Source of the DNA: a virus
Length of the DNA: 64,000 bases
Virus record (IMG/VR): IMGVR_UViG_3300025892_000009
Reading direction: 5' to 3' (one strand)
Below, one piece after another: positions 37,029 to 47,293 of the stretch. Below the pieces are notes generated by a model that saw only the letters and a list, made by a program, of their open reading frames with translations, ran no database searches and had not been told where the DNA came from. How positions within the stretch are numbered: position 1 is the first letter of the stretch; every line of letters begins with the position of its first letter. Both the position numbers and the translations under genes were made by a program.

Positions 37029-37316
37029 TTACTGAGGGTAGATTTCGGTGTTGGCGTTAACGTCGTTGAAGTGCATGAGCAACACAGCATAGTGTAACAC
37101 CTTCATGATGTCACGTCTAGATGTGCCTTTCTTATCGTATCGAGATGCATACTTAAGAATGTTGGATCTACAAAATGCCTCACCGTCTCCAACTGCTTGG
37201 ATAAGATCAAGTGTTTGAATACCGTCCATCCCTCCAGAGGAGTAGTGCTGATTGTATGTGGCAGTGATATAATCCTTCAACTCTTGAAGGATCTTTTCTT
37301 CATTGTAGCGATTCAT
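37029..37316 (-). CDS. DUF3310-like protein
   Basis: HYS...QTLDLI...FCRSNILKYASRYDKKG...DIMKVLHY; start MNRYNEE. Confidence 0.75.
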   Translation of the reverse strand: MNRYNEEKILQELKDYITATYNQHYSSGGMDGIQTLDLIQAVGDGEAFCRSNILKYASRYDKKGTSRRDIMKVLHYAVLLMHFNDVNANTEIYPQ

Positions 37317-37338
37317 AATGTACGTGGTTTGTATAGGA

Positions 37339-37367
37339 ATAATATCATGATGACAGCAATGTGTCAA
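37339..37367 (-). promoter_or_regulatory. sigma70-type promoter for the DUF3310-gp45 operon
   Basis: TTGACA(37367-37362)-17-TATTAT(37344-37339). Confidence 0.8.
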
Positions 37368-38433
37368 CAGTTTCAATATCAACTTCGCCATCAATCTTGT
37401 CATACAACTCCAAGAAAGATTGCTTAGTCTCATCATCAAATCGATTGAGACACATCTTGATTGCCTTCACTCGATCAGAAAAGATACTGTAAGCACGGAT
37501 GATATGGACTAGACGACGAGTAGAGATCACTTCATCAACACCACCATCATCAAAAGTCTTACGGATGATGTCTGCCCAATTAACTAAATTGGCAATGAAT
37601 TTATCATCACAGCAATCTAGATCGGAGCAGTAGTTATTGAGCATTTTAGATTCGATCTTTGGAGTAGGATACTCTTGCTCAAAGGTTAAAGGGAAACGCT
37701 CAAGGAATGCTTCATTGAGCACATTGGTGCCAATGAAACGACCATCTTCACTACCCTTACCCTTAGTATTTGCAGTTGCAATAACAGTAAATCCATCAGC
37801 AGGTTCTACATAACGACCAATCTTTTTCAGAAAGATTCCCTTACCCTCAAGAATAGATTGAAGACAGAGAATTTTATTGGACGCCAGATCAATCTCATCC
37901 AGAAGGAGGACACATCCTCTCTCAAGAGCCTCAATGACAGGACCATTGTGCCAGACAGTATTACCATCAACCAAACGGAAACCGCCAATAAGATCATCTT
38001 CATCAGTCTCAATAGTAATGTTGACACGAATCATCTCACGTTGAGTGCGAGCACATGCTTGCTCAACGCCAAGAGTCTTACCATTACCAGACATACCAGT
38101 AATGAAGATTGGATAAAAAAGATTACTAGATACTACCTTTTTAAGGTCAGCAAAGTTGCCGAAGGGAACAAAGTTTTTATCGTTAGATGGGATCAAGTTA
38201 TCGCTAGATGTGAGAGTTACAGTTTCTTCAAGAGTCTCACGCATTTCTTCAATGGTAAGAGTCCACATGCCCCTACCAGATTTATACGACTCAAGACGTT
38301 TGGTGATGAATGGATATGAAACTTTAAAGTGGTCAGCAGCATTTAGAAGTTTAGGGACAGTTACCTTTTCGCCGTAGTTTGAAAACAGATAGTCAACAAT
38401 GAGGTCAGTGGTGATATCAGACTTGGCAGGCAT
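37345..38433 (-). CDS. MoxR/CobS-like AAA+ ATPase
   Basis: GMSGNGKT, LLLDEID, ATANTKG, NEAFLERF, STRRLV. Confidence 0.9.
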   Translation of the reverse strand: MPAKSDITTDLIVDYLFSNYGEKVTVPKLLNAADHFKVSYPFITKRLESYKSGRGMWTLTIEEMRETLEETVTLTSSDNLIPSNDKNFVPFGNFADLKKVVSSNLFYPIFITGMSGNGKTLGVEQACARTQREMIRVNITIETDEDDLIGGFRLVDGNTVWHNGPVIEALERGCVLLLDEIDLASNKILCLQSILEGKGIFLKKIGRYVEPADGFTVIATANTKGKGSEDGRFIGTNVLNEAFLERFPLTFEQEYPTPKIESKMLNNYCSDLDCCDDKFIANLVNWADIIRKTFDDGGVDEVISTRRLVHIIRAYSIFSDRVKAIKMCLNRFDDETKQSFLELYDKIDGEVDIETVDTLLSS

Positions 38434-38456
38434 GGTGTTTCTCGATTACCTTGTAA

Positions 38457-38993
38457 TTATAGAGCAGGTTGCAAGGCATATTGGTCAACCCAGGACGGTT
38501 TGTGATGTGGCACCCTTAGATAGTTTGATGCAACCCAAGGTTTGCTAGCAATGTATCGTTGATATGCTTCTTGAGTAGAGATAGAATCATCCAGTTTCCA
38601 TTCATCAGGCATTGCCCTGGCAAAAGGTGTATGCTTTTCAGTGCATCCATGCTGATAAATTAGTCCAGCCATGGATAAACTTCTCTTACATGCATGGACT
38701 TTATCATATCGAAACTGATATTCATCACATAATGAAATACCATGTTGAAGTAGCCACGCTATATTATGATCACTTTCTGCTACCCACTTAGTGCATGGAT
38801 GATTACGGAAAGCACCTTTCTCAGTGGCATAAGGACTACCATTTGCTTTAATGATAGGTCCGATATTCTTATACCAAGTACTGTATACAACCGCCAACAT
38901 TTGACAGCACTCTAGTGGCATTTTAACTATGTGCTTGTCTGGTAATTGGTGTGCTGATAAGGTTGGATCATCATCAACAGCAAAAATATTCAT
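38457..38993 (-). CDS. Pyrimidine-dimer DNA glycosylase (DenV-like) family protein
   Basis: MNIF...DKHIVKMPLECCQML...HPCTKW...EY..RY.K.H. Confidence 0.75.
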   Translation of the reverse strand: MNIFAVDDDPTLSAHQLPDKHIVKMPLECCQMLAVVYSTWYKNIGPIIKANGSPYATEKGAFRNHPCTKWVAESDHNIAWLLQHGISLCDEYQFRYDKVHACKRSLSMAGLIYQHGCTEKHTPFARAMPDEWKLDDSISTQEAYQRYIASKPWVASNYLRVPHHKPSWVDQYALQPAL

Positions 38994-41146
38994 GCAATTT
39001 GACCAATAAATGAAGAGAGAATCTTTTTGTTGCCTGCCTTTGATTTCAAAGACTTTTTAAAAGCACTTCGGATCTGAGATTTAGTTGCATCTTCAGCAAC
39101 ATCAAACTCAGCATCCATATTTATATGACTTGCGGATAAGAAATACAATTCCTGAAACCCGCCCATATTAACACAAGCACTTTTGTTTTTACTAAATTCC
39201 CGTGATGCTTTTTCTCTCAACGGAGACTTTATCCCAGAGGAATTTAGTTTGGTTGAAAACTCACGAGGAGTGCAAACACGGAAACCAAGGAAGTTACATT
39301 GTGGGAAACGTCCTTTCATATACCTTAGCAGTTGCTCAGTCAAGTAACCATAAGAAGGAGCATAAGTGTAACCTTTCTTACGATCACGAATAATAATGCC
39401 ATCACCATAAAATCCAAGTGAAGATCGAAGATGCACATCTTCACCTCTGTGATTAACAACAACCCACTTACTAGATGCCTGTGCTTCACCATCAGTAAGA
39501 ATAGTCACATGGACTTTCTCGGCACCACATTGCTTTTGAAAATTTGGAATGATAGATTGCAACGTAACAATTGCCTCATTCAACGGAGTGCCTGAAAGAC
39601 CTAATACGGGGGGCAATTCCCTAGGCGTCTTAGATACTAACTCCCAATGGTTTTCTCTATTCCTAGATGCCTGACCATAATAGATGTGGTAGTTGTAAGT
39701 AACACGCCACAAATATTTTGCCATCAGATCAAAAGTAGAATTATTGAGTTTACTGCTCAACAAATTCATAAGGAAGAAGTGCTCTGGTATAGAAAATGAT
39801 TCTGGTTTACCTTTAGCATAGAATTTTTCGCGATCATAACCTTCTGGCATTAGTGCTGCATCACACACAAAACTATACACGTCAAAAGGTATATCACTTT
39901 TGCGACAGAAATAGCAGAGAGATAGCAATTGACTATAGGTATCGTGAATGGTGGTTGCCATAGATCCAGACCAGTCTAACAGAAATATCATACCGTGATT
40001 TTTACCATCAACAGTTGAAGTAACTTTTCGGAATAGATCTTCGTTAAATTTATAAGTATGCAATTTTCTAGTATCTAAAACGCCAGTGCGAGAAGTAGAT
40101 TGCCTTGAATATGCAGTCGCTGCTTTCTTCATCTCAAACTCTTTCGCGAGATAGTTTACTTCACGACTACATTCACGTTTGAATTTAGAAAATTCAGAAT
40201 CAACAAAACTCCAATCTAATCCTCTATACATTTCTTCCTTAGGGTCAGTAAAGATTGGTCTATTCCAGTACTCTTCAATCTGATACATAACTTTTTCAGT
40301 TGAAACAACATGGTAGTCCAGATCAGTATCTAAGATGTCTACATATTTTGGATTGCCATACTGTCTAGTAATATCTTTTAGATTTTCTTGGAGAGCAGTA
40401 TCAGTATCTGATTCTAAGTCGCTATCAGACTCACCACCAGAATCAGAATAACTAGGAGTATCAAGATCAGATTGATCATCTCCTTCCGAGTCTGCATCTC
40501 CTGGTTGAGAAACCTCTTCCTCAGATTCCCCTTCAGTTTTATCCATGGGAGTATCTCCAGTGCTTCCCGTTGGACTAGTCATTGCAGGGATTTTATTTTG
40601 CTCCTGGATATCCTTCTGATAATTGAATATAGCAACAGCAGCGTCGATCGCATCAGAAAAGGTTTCAGCAATCCCTACAGCGTCTCTCAGGGCAGTCTCA
40701 GCAGCATCAAAAGGTAAGAGTAGATATGCTCCTACTTTATAGTAAAGATTAATTTTATCTACAAGTTTCAGGGTATTAAGATCTGTGTCTTCAACACTAA
40801 AGAAATCTTCATCATTAAGGTGACGGTATCCAGCATAGAAATCCTTACTAAGACCTGGAAACTTACGCTTCATTAATTTTTCAATACGAGCATCTTCAGT
40901 AACATTGACGTATGATTTGGGACATGGAAGATTATCAAGAGAGTCGTCGTCAGGGGTATACAGTGCGTGACCAACTTCATGCCCTACAAGCATGGTGTAA
41001 ACTTGATCTGTCGTATCCCATATAGGCAACGTCAGTACGCGAGTGCTAACGTTAAAGGATGCTGTTGAGCAGTTTTTGTGCTCGATCAGAAGATTCTCAG
41101 TCGCCAGTAGTTTGGCAAGTTGCCCTTTGACTTCGTTGAATTCCAT
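38990..41146 (-). CDS. HExxH metallopeptidase-like domain plus vWA (MIDAS) domain protein
   Basis: GHEVGHALYT...NVTEDARIE; LLDWSGSM, GTPL, LTDGE; start at MEFNEV. Confidence 0.82.
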   Translation of the reverse strand: MEFNEVKGQLAKLLATENLLIEHKNCSTASFNVSTRVLTLPIWDTTDQVYTMLVGHEVGHALYTPDDDSLDNLPCPKSYVNVTEDARIEKLMKRKFPGLSKDFYAGYRHLNDEDFFSVEDTDLNTLKLVDKINLYYKVGAYLLLPFDAAETALRDAVGIAETFSDAIDAAVAIFNYQKDIQEQNKIPAMTSPTGSTGDTPMDKTEGESEEEVSQPGDADSEGDDQSDLDTPSYSDSGGESDSDLESDTDTALQENLKDITRQYGNPKYVDILDTDLDYHVVSTEKVMYQIEEYWNRPIFTDPKEEMYRGLDWSFVDSEFSKFKRECSREVNYLAKEFEMKKAATAYSRQSTSRTGVLDTRKLHTYKFNEDLFRKVTSTVDGKNHGMIFLLDWSGSMATTIHDTYSQLLSLCYFCRKSDIPFDVYSFVCDAALMPEGYDREKFYAKGKPESFSIPEHFFLMNLLSSKLNNSTFDLMAKYLWRVTYNYHIYYGQASRNRENHWELVSKTPRELPPVLGLSGTPLNEAIVTLQSIIPNFQKQCGAEKVHVTILTDGEAQASSKWVVVNHRGEDVHLRSSLGFYGDGIIIRDRKKGYTYAPSYGYLTEQLLRYMKGRFPQCNFLGFRVCTPREFSTKLNSSGIKSPLREKASREFSKNKSACVNMGGFQELYFLSASHINMDAEFDVAEDATKSQIRSAFKKSLKSKAGNKKILSSFIGQIA

Positions 41147-41168
41147 ACGCTTTGCGGTCGATGCATAT

Positions 41169-41224
41169 ACTATAAGACCCCATGGAGGAATTTCCATGGG
41201 GTCTGTGACGCTTCTTAGACTGTC
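41169..41224 (-). promoter_or_regulatory. 12-bp inverted repeat abutting a TATAGT -10 box
   Basis: AGACCCCATGGA-N6-TCCATGGGGTCT (41204-41175), then TATAGT (41174-41169). Confidence 0.6.
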
Positions 41225-42924
41225 TGGAGTTTTGAGAAATCATTAACTTTCTCAAACTGGAGGGTAGTTTCAAACTTATCTAAGAGGACCTCACCCTTGT
41301 GAGATATCACAAATAGATTAGTATTCTTATCAAGACCCTTCAGGATCTTCATCAACTCATCTGTAGCAGTCGAGTCTAAAGATGAATCGAAAATTTCATC
41401 CAGAATCAAAAGATTTGTGGATGCTGAGTTTTTCATCTTAGCAATATCACGCCATGTAAACAACAGTGCTAGATCAATCTTTTGCTTCTCACCCTCTGAG
41501 AAAGAGGCATAAGAAAACTCATCACGAAACCGAGACCTAATGATCTCATTGAATCCTTCATCCAGAGTGAAGTTTACGAAGAAGTCCATACTCTGAAGAT
41601 ATTTATTAATCTGCAGATTAATAACAGGAATAAACTTACTAATGATCTTAGATTTAATACCAGTATCTTTTAGAAGATTTGATACTAATGAAAAATTTGC
41701 AAAGTCGGTATTAACATTTGCACATTTTTGCATGGTGCTATTCAACTCATCTTCATAAGATTTGAGTTTTGATTCTTCAACATCAATACCAGGAGTATCT
41801 TGATTGACCATCTCCATGATGCTAGCATTTTCTTTAAGAAGTTTAGTATTCTCCTTCTGTCGTGATGTAGTATCAAACTGCAATTCATTAATGAGTTTCA
41901 TTTTTTCCTGATACTCATTAATAATTTTAGATACTGTAGATATCTTATCACTAATTTGAGATACTCCTGCAGTAAACTTTTCTTTTTTATCTTGTGATGC
42001 TGTGATTTTATTTTTTTTAATTTCTAAAGATATATCCTGAGAGCATGTTGGACATGCATCATGATTCTCATAGAAAGCAATTTCTTTAGTTGCTTTATTT
42101 AAATTTTGATTGATCTTAGATCGCATGTCATTAAGTTGATCTTTCTCAGTATTAAACTTAGAGAGATCTGCAACCTCAGAAATAAACTGTGCTGAGTTTT
42201 TTTCATTTGCATTGACTGCATTATTATTGACAATCATACGCCGCTCATTGTCATCAAAACTTGTTTGAAGTTTAGTGATGTAATTTGAATTCATCTTCTT
42301 CAAACTATCACACGATGAACGTTGCATGTTTACCTTAGATTCACACAAAGAAACTTCATGCTCACATGATTTAACCGATTCCTTTACATCTTTAATACGA
42401 TCCTTAAGGATCATATTCATCCTAGAAAAGATTTGAATGTCAAGCAGATCTTCGATAACTTCTCTTCTATGTGCAGCAGGGAGTTGCATAAAAGGAACAA
42501 AAGTGCTACTTCCAAGAATAACAACTTGAGTGAAAGACTTGAAATTAAATTTAAGAATTGATTGCTCCAGATATTTCTGGTAGTCTCGGTTTGCAGCATC
42601 TTGATCGATTAAAGAATCGTTACGGTAGATTTCAAAGATACCAGGTTTGATACCCCGAATAATTTTATACCCCACACTACCAACAGAGAATTCAATTTCA
42701 ACTACACATTCTCTTTCGTTTATACTGTTAACAAGTTGCGGTTTATTAATTTTACGAAATGGTTTATTGAAAAGACCAAAGCACAATGCATCTAACATTG
42801 TAGATTTACCAGCACCATTAGATCCTACAATCAGATGTGTTGGAGAATCCTTTATAGCAACTTCAGTAAATTCATTACCAGTGGAAAGAAAATTCTTCCA
42901 ACGAATCTTTTCAAATAGGATCAT
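41215..42924 (-). CDS. gp46: SbcC/Rad50-like recombination ATPase (gp46)
   Basis: GSNGAGKS, CPTC hook, FSEGEK, ILDE, ISH. Confidence 0.96.
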   Translation of the reverse strand: MILFEKIRWKNFLSTGNEFTEVAIKDSPTHLIVGSNGAGKSTMLDALCFGLFNKPFRKINKPQLVNSINERECVVEIEFSVGSVGYKIIRGIKPGIFEIYRNDSLIDQDAANRDYQKYLEQSILKFNFKSFTQVVILGSSTFVPFMQLPAAHRREVIEDLLDIQIFSRMNMILKDRIKDVKESVKSCEHEVSLCESKVNMQRSSCDSLKKMNSNYITKLQTSFDDNERRMIVNNNAVNANEKNSAQFISEVADLSKFNTEKDQLNDMRSKINQNLNKATKEIAFYENHDACPTCSQDISLEIKKNKITASQDKKEKFTAGVSQISDKISTVSKIINEYQEKMKLINELQFDTTSRQKENTKLLKENASIMEMVNQDTPGIDVEESKLKSYEDELNSTMQKCANVNTDFANFSLVSNLLKDTGIKSKIISKFIPVINLQINKYLQSMDFFVNFTLDEGFNEIIRSRFRDEFSYASFSEGEKQKIDLALLFTWRDIAKMKNSASTNLLILDEIFDSSLDSTATDELMKILKGLDKNTNLFVISHKGEVLLDKFETTLQFEKVNDFSKLQTV

Positions 42925-43187
42925 TTAGAATTGGGTGGTGGAATAACAAAATCATCTGTAGAAATAATTGTGTACTTATAACCGTATGTTTTACAGTTTT
43001 GCTTTACACTATCTTCTTCTACCTCAGTGACAACTAACTCTTTTCTATAGTTAGCCGACACTAGCATATCATAATAGCGGGTTGCATCATCTTTGTCAAC
43101 GAAGATCTGGACAACACGATCGATAGTGTCATCATCTCTGACAGCATAGACGCCCCCACTACTTTCGTCAACTAAGACAAACATCAT
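42921..43187 (-). CDS. Small hypothetical protein (DUF3110-like)
   Basis: F..KDDATRY...C...GY pattern; family call tentative. Confidence 0.65.
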   Translation of the reverse strand: MMFVLVDESSGGVYAVRDDDTIDRVVQIFVDKDDATRYYDMLVSANYRKELVVTEVEEDSVKQNCKTYGYKYTIISTDDFVIPPPNSK

Positions 43188-44215
43188 ACCTCCAATGCTT
43201 CGACATATAATGACTTGAGAATTCCATATATTTGATCTTTATTATCAAATTCAGAAACACAAGTTTCAAGAATAGACAAAGTATCTTCAATTTCAATATC
43301 ACTGTTGACTTCTTCTAGATCATATGAAAGATCTTCAATGATCTTAAGATCTGCAAGGTTGGCAGATTGTAATAGTCTAACAACTTTATCAAACTTAACT
43401 TGATCTTCTTTAGATTCTACTACTAGTTTGACAAAAGATCCTTCAAGTTTTTGAAGGTCAGTGTCTGACAAATAGATTGAATCATTATAATAAACTTTAT
43501 TAAAAATATTATATGTGTTTTGAAAAAATTTCAAATCAACAGTATCAGTATTTAGTATATGAAACCCCCTTCTCTGCTTATAGTCATTCCAGAAGAGTTG
43601 GTAGGGATTACCCAAATAATTGATATGGTTTTTACGACTCTTCATATGGAAGTGTCCAGAGCATACCAGATCAAATTTCTCAAAGGGTGATGGATCGTCA
43701 CCATGCTCCATCAGATGACCAGGCACTGCTTCAAATCCATTCAATTCCAGATGCCCCATACAAATCTTAGCATCAGTATCTTGCAAGAGATTAGTTGCTT
43801 GCTCACGATTGCCATCACAGATCCAAGGAAGCAATAGCATCTTTGTGCCATCAAAATCTTTTTCAACTGGAGATTCAATGATATCGATGTTGTCATACCC
43901 ACCTAAGAGGAGACTTGGAGCATTGACCTTTAATGTATTACGATAGTAAATATCATGATTACCACAGAGCATGGTCATCTGAATACCACGATCTGCTAAT
44001 GGTTGAAACCACATCTCCTTAGCAGCATCTAGAGAATTAAAATTAATACTCTTACGTTTATCAAAAGTATCACCCAAACATAAAATGTGAGTAATACCTT
44101 GCTTATCGATTTGTGGTAAAACTATCTCGGAATAAAATTGCTGATACTTTTTGATGAAGTGTTGGTTATCATTACGGACACCAAAGTGCTGATCAGTTAT
44201 CAATAAAAGTTTCAT
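43184..44215 (-). CDS. gp47: SbcD/Mre11-like nuclease (gp47)
   Basis: TDQHFG, LGDTFD, GNHD, MGH, SGHFH. Confidence 0.96.
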   Translation of the reverse strand: MKLLLITDQHFGVRNDNQHFIKKYQQFYSEIVLPQIDKQGITHILCLGDTFDKRKSINFNSLDAAKEMWFQPLADRGIQMTMLCGNHDIYYRNTLKVNAPSLLLGGYDNIDIIESPVEKDFDGTKMLLLPWICDGNREQATNLLQDTDAKICMGHLELNGFEAVPGHLMEHGDDPSPFEKFDLVCSGHFHMKSRKNHINYLGNPYQLFWNDYKQRRGFHILNTDTVDLKFFQNTYNIFNKVYYNDSIYLSDTDLQKLEGSFVKLVVESKEDQVKFDKVVRLLQSANLADLKIIEDLSYDLEEVNSDIEIEDTLSILETCVSEFDNKDQIYGILKSLYVEALEV

Positions 44216-44378
44216 ACTGAATTACGAAGCGTTTGTATTGTGTAATACCTTTGTCATTGACCACTGTATGTGTAACGACTTTACTTTTTAGTAGCGATGC
44301 TGCCTGATTAAGTAGTTGCACTGCTTTATCTTCTGTGGAAGATGTTGGTTTAGACCAGTAATCTTGAATAGAATCCAT
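44193..44378 (-). CDS. Small hypothetical protein
   Basis: 61-aa ORF between gp55 and gp47. Confidence 0.7.
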   Translation of the reverse strand: MDSIQDYWSKPTSSTEDKAVQLLNQAASLLKSKVVTHTVVNDKGITQYKRFVIQYETFIDN

Positions 44379-44860
44379 CAGTACCTCATATTAGTTTCGA
44401 TTCTATTCTTGATAGAATTCAAATCGGAATGGTTGTCATTGTCATCACTATGAAAGACTTGATCATAACCATTTTTCTCAATTAGTTTATCACGAATATC
44501 CATCTGTCGTTTTTCTTTTGCAATACGACGGAGGAATGCATAATAAATGATTTGTGTAAAATATGCAAATGGATTCTTTGACTTCTCAGGATCAAAGTTA
44601 TCGATATACTGCACACAGTTTTCAACACCATCACTAATCATGTCTTCTTTAAACATGTAGTTAATGAAGTTAGGGCGATAAGAAAGATGAGTAGCAATCT
44701 TCAGAAAGCATTCTGCTAGGTAATGTGTGATCAACGGTTTAGGTTTATCCAACATCTTTGCTTCTTTAACCTCCTGCCTATATGCAGTGATTGCTTTTAG
44801 AAACTCTTTATTATCAACATAGTGTTGTTTCTTTTTTGGAGACATTACTTTTGCTAGCAT
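44378..44860 (-). CDS. gp55: Late-transcription sigma factor (gp55)
   Basis: HYVDNKEF...NFINYMFKEDMISDG...NPFAYFTQI.YYAFLRRI.KEK. Confidence 0.95.
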   Translation of the reverse strand: MLAKVMSPKKKQHYVDNKEFLKAITAYRQEVKEAKMLDKPKPLITHYLAECFLKIATHLSYRPNFINYMFKEDMISDGVENCVQYIDNFDPEKSKNPFAYFTQIIYYAFLRRIAKEKRQMDIRDKLIEKNGYDQVFHSDDNDNHSDLNSIKNRIETNMRY

Positions 44861-44882
44861 ATCTTTTACATATCATGAAACC

Positions 44883-44942
44883 ATAATACTAACTAATCAA
44901 TCATATGTCAAGCTTGACTATTCTAGTAATTATTATTATAAT
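44883..44942. promoter_or_regulatory. Back-to-back divergent sigma70-type promoters
   Basis: Minus: TTGACA(44911-44906)-17-TATTAT(44888-44883). Plus: TTGACT(44914-44919)-17-TATAAT(44937-44942). Confidence 0.75.
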
Positions 44943-44970
44943 CAACCATGTAAGGGTTGAAAAGGAACTC

Positions 44971-45393
44971 TTAAAGGTTCTTCCATTGGTCTTCTAGTTT
45001 CTTTCTCATCTCTGAAACTTTACCGACTAGACCCATATTTTCATTGATGGGTGTTTCAAACTCAGCAGTATCTTCACCTGATTCTTTTCTCAACCAAAAT
45101 TTATACATAATAATTGCTTCCATTGACATGGGTGCAATAGTCACAATATCAGATTCTCTTACAATATAAAAGTCTTCATCCGACCACATCATCCATTTAG
45201 ATAATCCCATTGCCATAACAATTTGACCATCCTTTTCAATAGGATTCATTGATGGTGTTGCTGGATCTGAAATGAAAAGTATACTCTCATCATTTTCTTC
45301 TGTAGCAATTAGATTGCCCAAGATCTCTTCTCCAGATACTAACTTAATAGTCCCGTAGAATTCGTTGTCGTGGCGGATATAATTAATTGTCAT
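44971..45393 (-). CDS. Conserved hypothetical protein (possible Sm-like fold)
   Basis: TIKLVSGEEIL N-terminal motif. Confidence 0.7.
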   Translation of the reverse strand: MTINYIRHDNEFYGTIKLVSGEEILGNLIATEENDESILFISDPATPSMNPIEKDGQIVMAMGLSKWMMWSDEDFYIVRESDIVTIAPMSMEAIIMYKFWLRKESGEDTAEFETPINENMGLVGKVSEMRKKLEDQWKNL

Positions 45394-46853
45394 TTCCTAA
45401 AATTTATTTTAGTAACTTCATAGTTAAATTTTTCTTCATCATATATTTTCATTCTTTCGACAAGATGTCTTAAAGTATAATTATGATGATTACCTTTGGA
45501 GCAATCATCTGCAATGTCATACAGCACTGCTTGTGCTTTGTTATCCCCTTTACGCAAGACACGTCCAATAGACTGGAGGTTTCTTACTCGTGATTTGGAT
45601 GGACTTGCAAAGATTACATTATGTAGATTACGAATGTTAATGCCTGTAGAGAATGTGCCATAGGATGCAAGAATGATTGCATCTTTTTCCTGCTCACATA
45701 TCCTGCGAGCCTCTTCTCTTTCAACAGCATCTACACCACCATGAATAAAGAAGATCTTTCGATTTTCATTCACCTTAGTATTTAGTAACTCCCAAAGAGG
45801 GTCTCCGTGCTTTTCAATGTAGTTGAATAGAATCAAAGTGTTACCATCCAAATCATTCGCTAAGTTACAAATTAACTTATTTCTCTTTGGATGTGATATT
45901 ATATAATCCATCTCCTGTTGATAGTGATCAAATGGCACATGACCATGTTTTAGTAGAAGGATCTTTACCTGAAGGGGAGTCAGTTGACCTTTTGCCATCA
46001 ACTCTGCCGTTGAGGTCACCTTGTCGCAGCGCCCAAATAAACCCTCAAGAACCAGTTGATGAGTGTGCATCCCATCCAACGTGCCTGTCAGCCCAACTCT
46101 ATACTTTGCGTCATAACATTTCGTCAAAATGCCAGTAAGACTTTTTGCTTTGTATAGGTGTGCTTCGTCTCCAATAACTACATCAAATTTTGCAAAAAAT
46201 TTACGAGATTCTTTATAGATGCTTTGCCATGTAGAAATTACAACAGGGGCATCAGTATACTTCTCACGTCCTCCCATAATTTGATGCACATAAGAGTCTG
46301 CTGACCACCCATAATCTTTAAAGTCATTTGTTAGTTGAGACACCAAAGATGTAGTAGGCACAATGATAAGTATTTGTCTATCCTGTTTCAGATGCCAACG
46401 AACTAATGCGTAAATAATTAATGATTTGCCTGATCCCGTGGGGGATAGTAAAAGTTTGCGACGATATTTAAGTGCTGAGAAAACTGCCTTGAGTTGGTAA
46501 TCTCGGATCTTGAAAGGTAATCCCAGAGTCCTAATAAAAAACGCTGTGCTTTCAGGTGTGACATAATCTTCCTCTACATCAGGTAATCCATAGTAGTTGT
46601 TATCTTTTATGATATATTCATACCCTTTATCTTCTAGGTATTCACACAGATAATCGTAAAGACCCACATATATTTCCCCAGTGCCAGGAGAATATAAGCG
46701 GATCTTTCCATCCCATACTCGATTTTTATATTGGGGCATAAACTTTGCACCAGGAACATCAAATGAAAAGTGCTCACTTAATTCCTTATGCAGATGCTGC
46801 TCCCCTTCAACTTTTAGGTAAACTTCATTCTTCTTACTGATAGTAACAGTCAT
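45390..46853 (-). CDS. uvsW: SF2 helicase UvsW
   Basis: SPTGSGKS, GDEAH, LTGT, TFSTGINI, QSIGRVLR. Confidence 0.96.
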   Translation of the reverse strand: MTVTISKKNEVYLKVEGEQHLHKELSEHFSFDVPGAKFMPQYKNRVWDGKIRLYSPGTGEIYVGLYDYLCEYLEDKGYEYIIKDNNYYGLPDVEEDYVTPESTAFFIRTLGLPFKIRDYQLKAVFSALKYRRKLLLSPTGSGKSLIIYALVRWHLKQDRQILIIVPTTSLVSQLTNDFKDYGWSADSYVHQIMGGREKYTDAPVVISTWQSIYKESRKFFAKFDVVIGDEAHLYKAKSLTGILTKCYDAKYRVGLTGTLDGMHTHQLVLEGLFGRCDKVTSTAELMAKGQLTPLQVKILLLKHGHVPFDHYQQEMDYIISHPKRNKLICNLANDLDGNTLILFNYIEKHGDPLWELLNTKVNENRKIFFIHGGVDAVEREEARRICEQEKDAIILASYGTFSTGINIRNLHNVIFASPSKSRVRNLQSIGRVLRKGDNKAQAVLYDIADDCSKGNHHNYTLRHLVERMKIYDEEKFNYEVTKINFRK

Positions 46854-47293
46854 CTAATACCATAATACTTCACAATATCAATAGTATTCTTAATAGCAAA
46901 TCCACGACTGTCGATCTGTTTAAGTATCCTATCAATACAATTTATACAAGTTTCAAGGTAGTCAATTTTCTGTTGTGCTTTAGTTAAGTCTGGATCGCTA
47001 TCAATGTAAATACTCAGATCACCTTTCAATACTTTCAATAGGAAGGGTTTCTCTTTATATACCGAGGCAGGTGCTTTACCTGAATAGTATTCAAACTTCT
47101 CACGCAGTAATACCTTGCGCTTTACGTCTGCTTCTGATAGCATCAGTTTGAATTGATTATAAAATTGGATATATTTTGCATGTAGTCTAGGTGTTTCCAT
47201 GCTATCATTTGCCAATAGTTCAGGCAACTCTCTATGATCAAAGAATGATTCTGAATCCTTTGCCCACATCTCCTCAATTTTTTCTAGATTCAT
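46850..47293 (-). CDS. uvsY: Recombination mediator UvsY
   Basis: P.LHAKY...EYYSGK...RGFAIKN.ID; adjacent to uvsW. Confidence 0.88.
   Translation of the reverse strand: MNLEKIEEMWAKDSESFFDHRELPELLANDSMETPRLHAKYIQFYNQFKLMLSEADVKRKVLLREKFEYYSGKAPASVYKEKPFLLKVLKGDLSIYIDSDPDLTKAQQKIDYLETCINCIDRILKQIDSRGFAIKNTIDIVKYYGIR

Noticed and set aside
37345-38433. cobS as a cobalamin-biosynthesis auxiliary gene
   Set aside because: No cobN or other cob genes in the window; motifs only support a MoxR-type AAA+ with a vWA partner.
38434-38490. sigma70 promoter for the MoxR ATPase (TTGACC...TATAAT)
   Set aside because: Spacer is 21 bp; only the -10 is credible.
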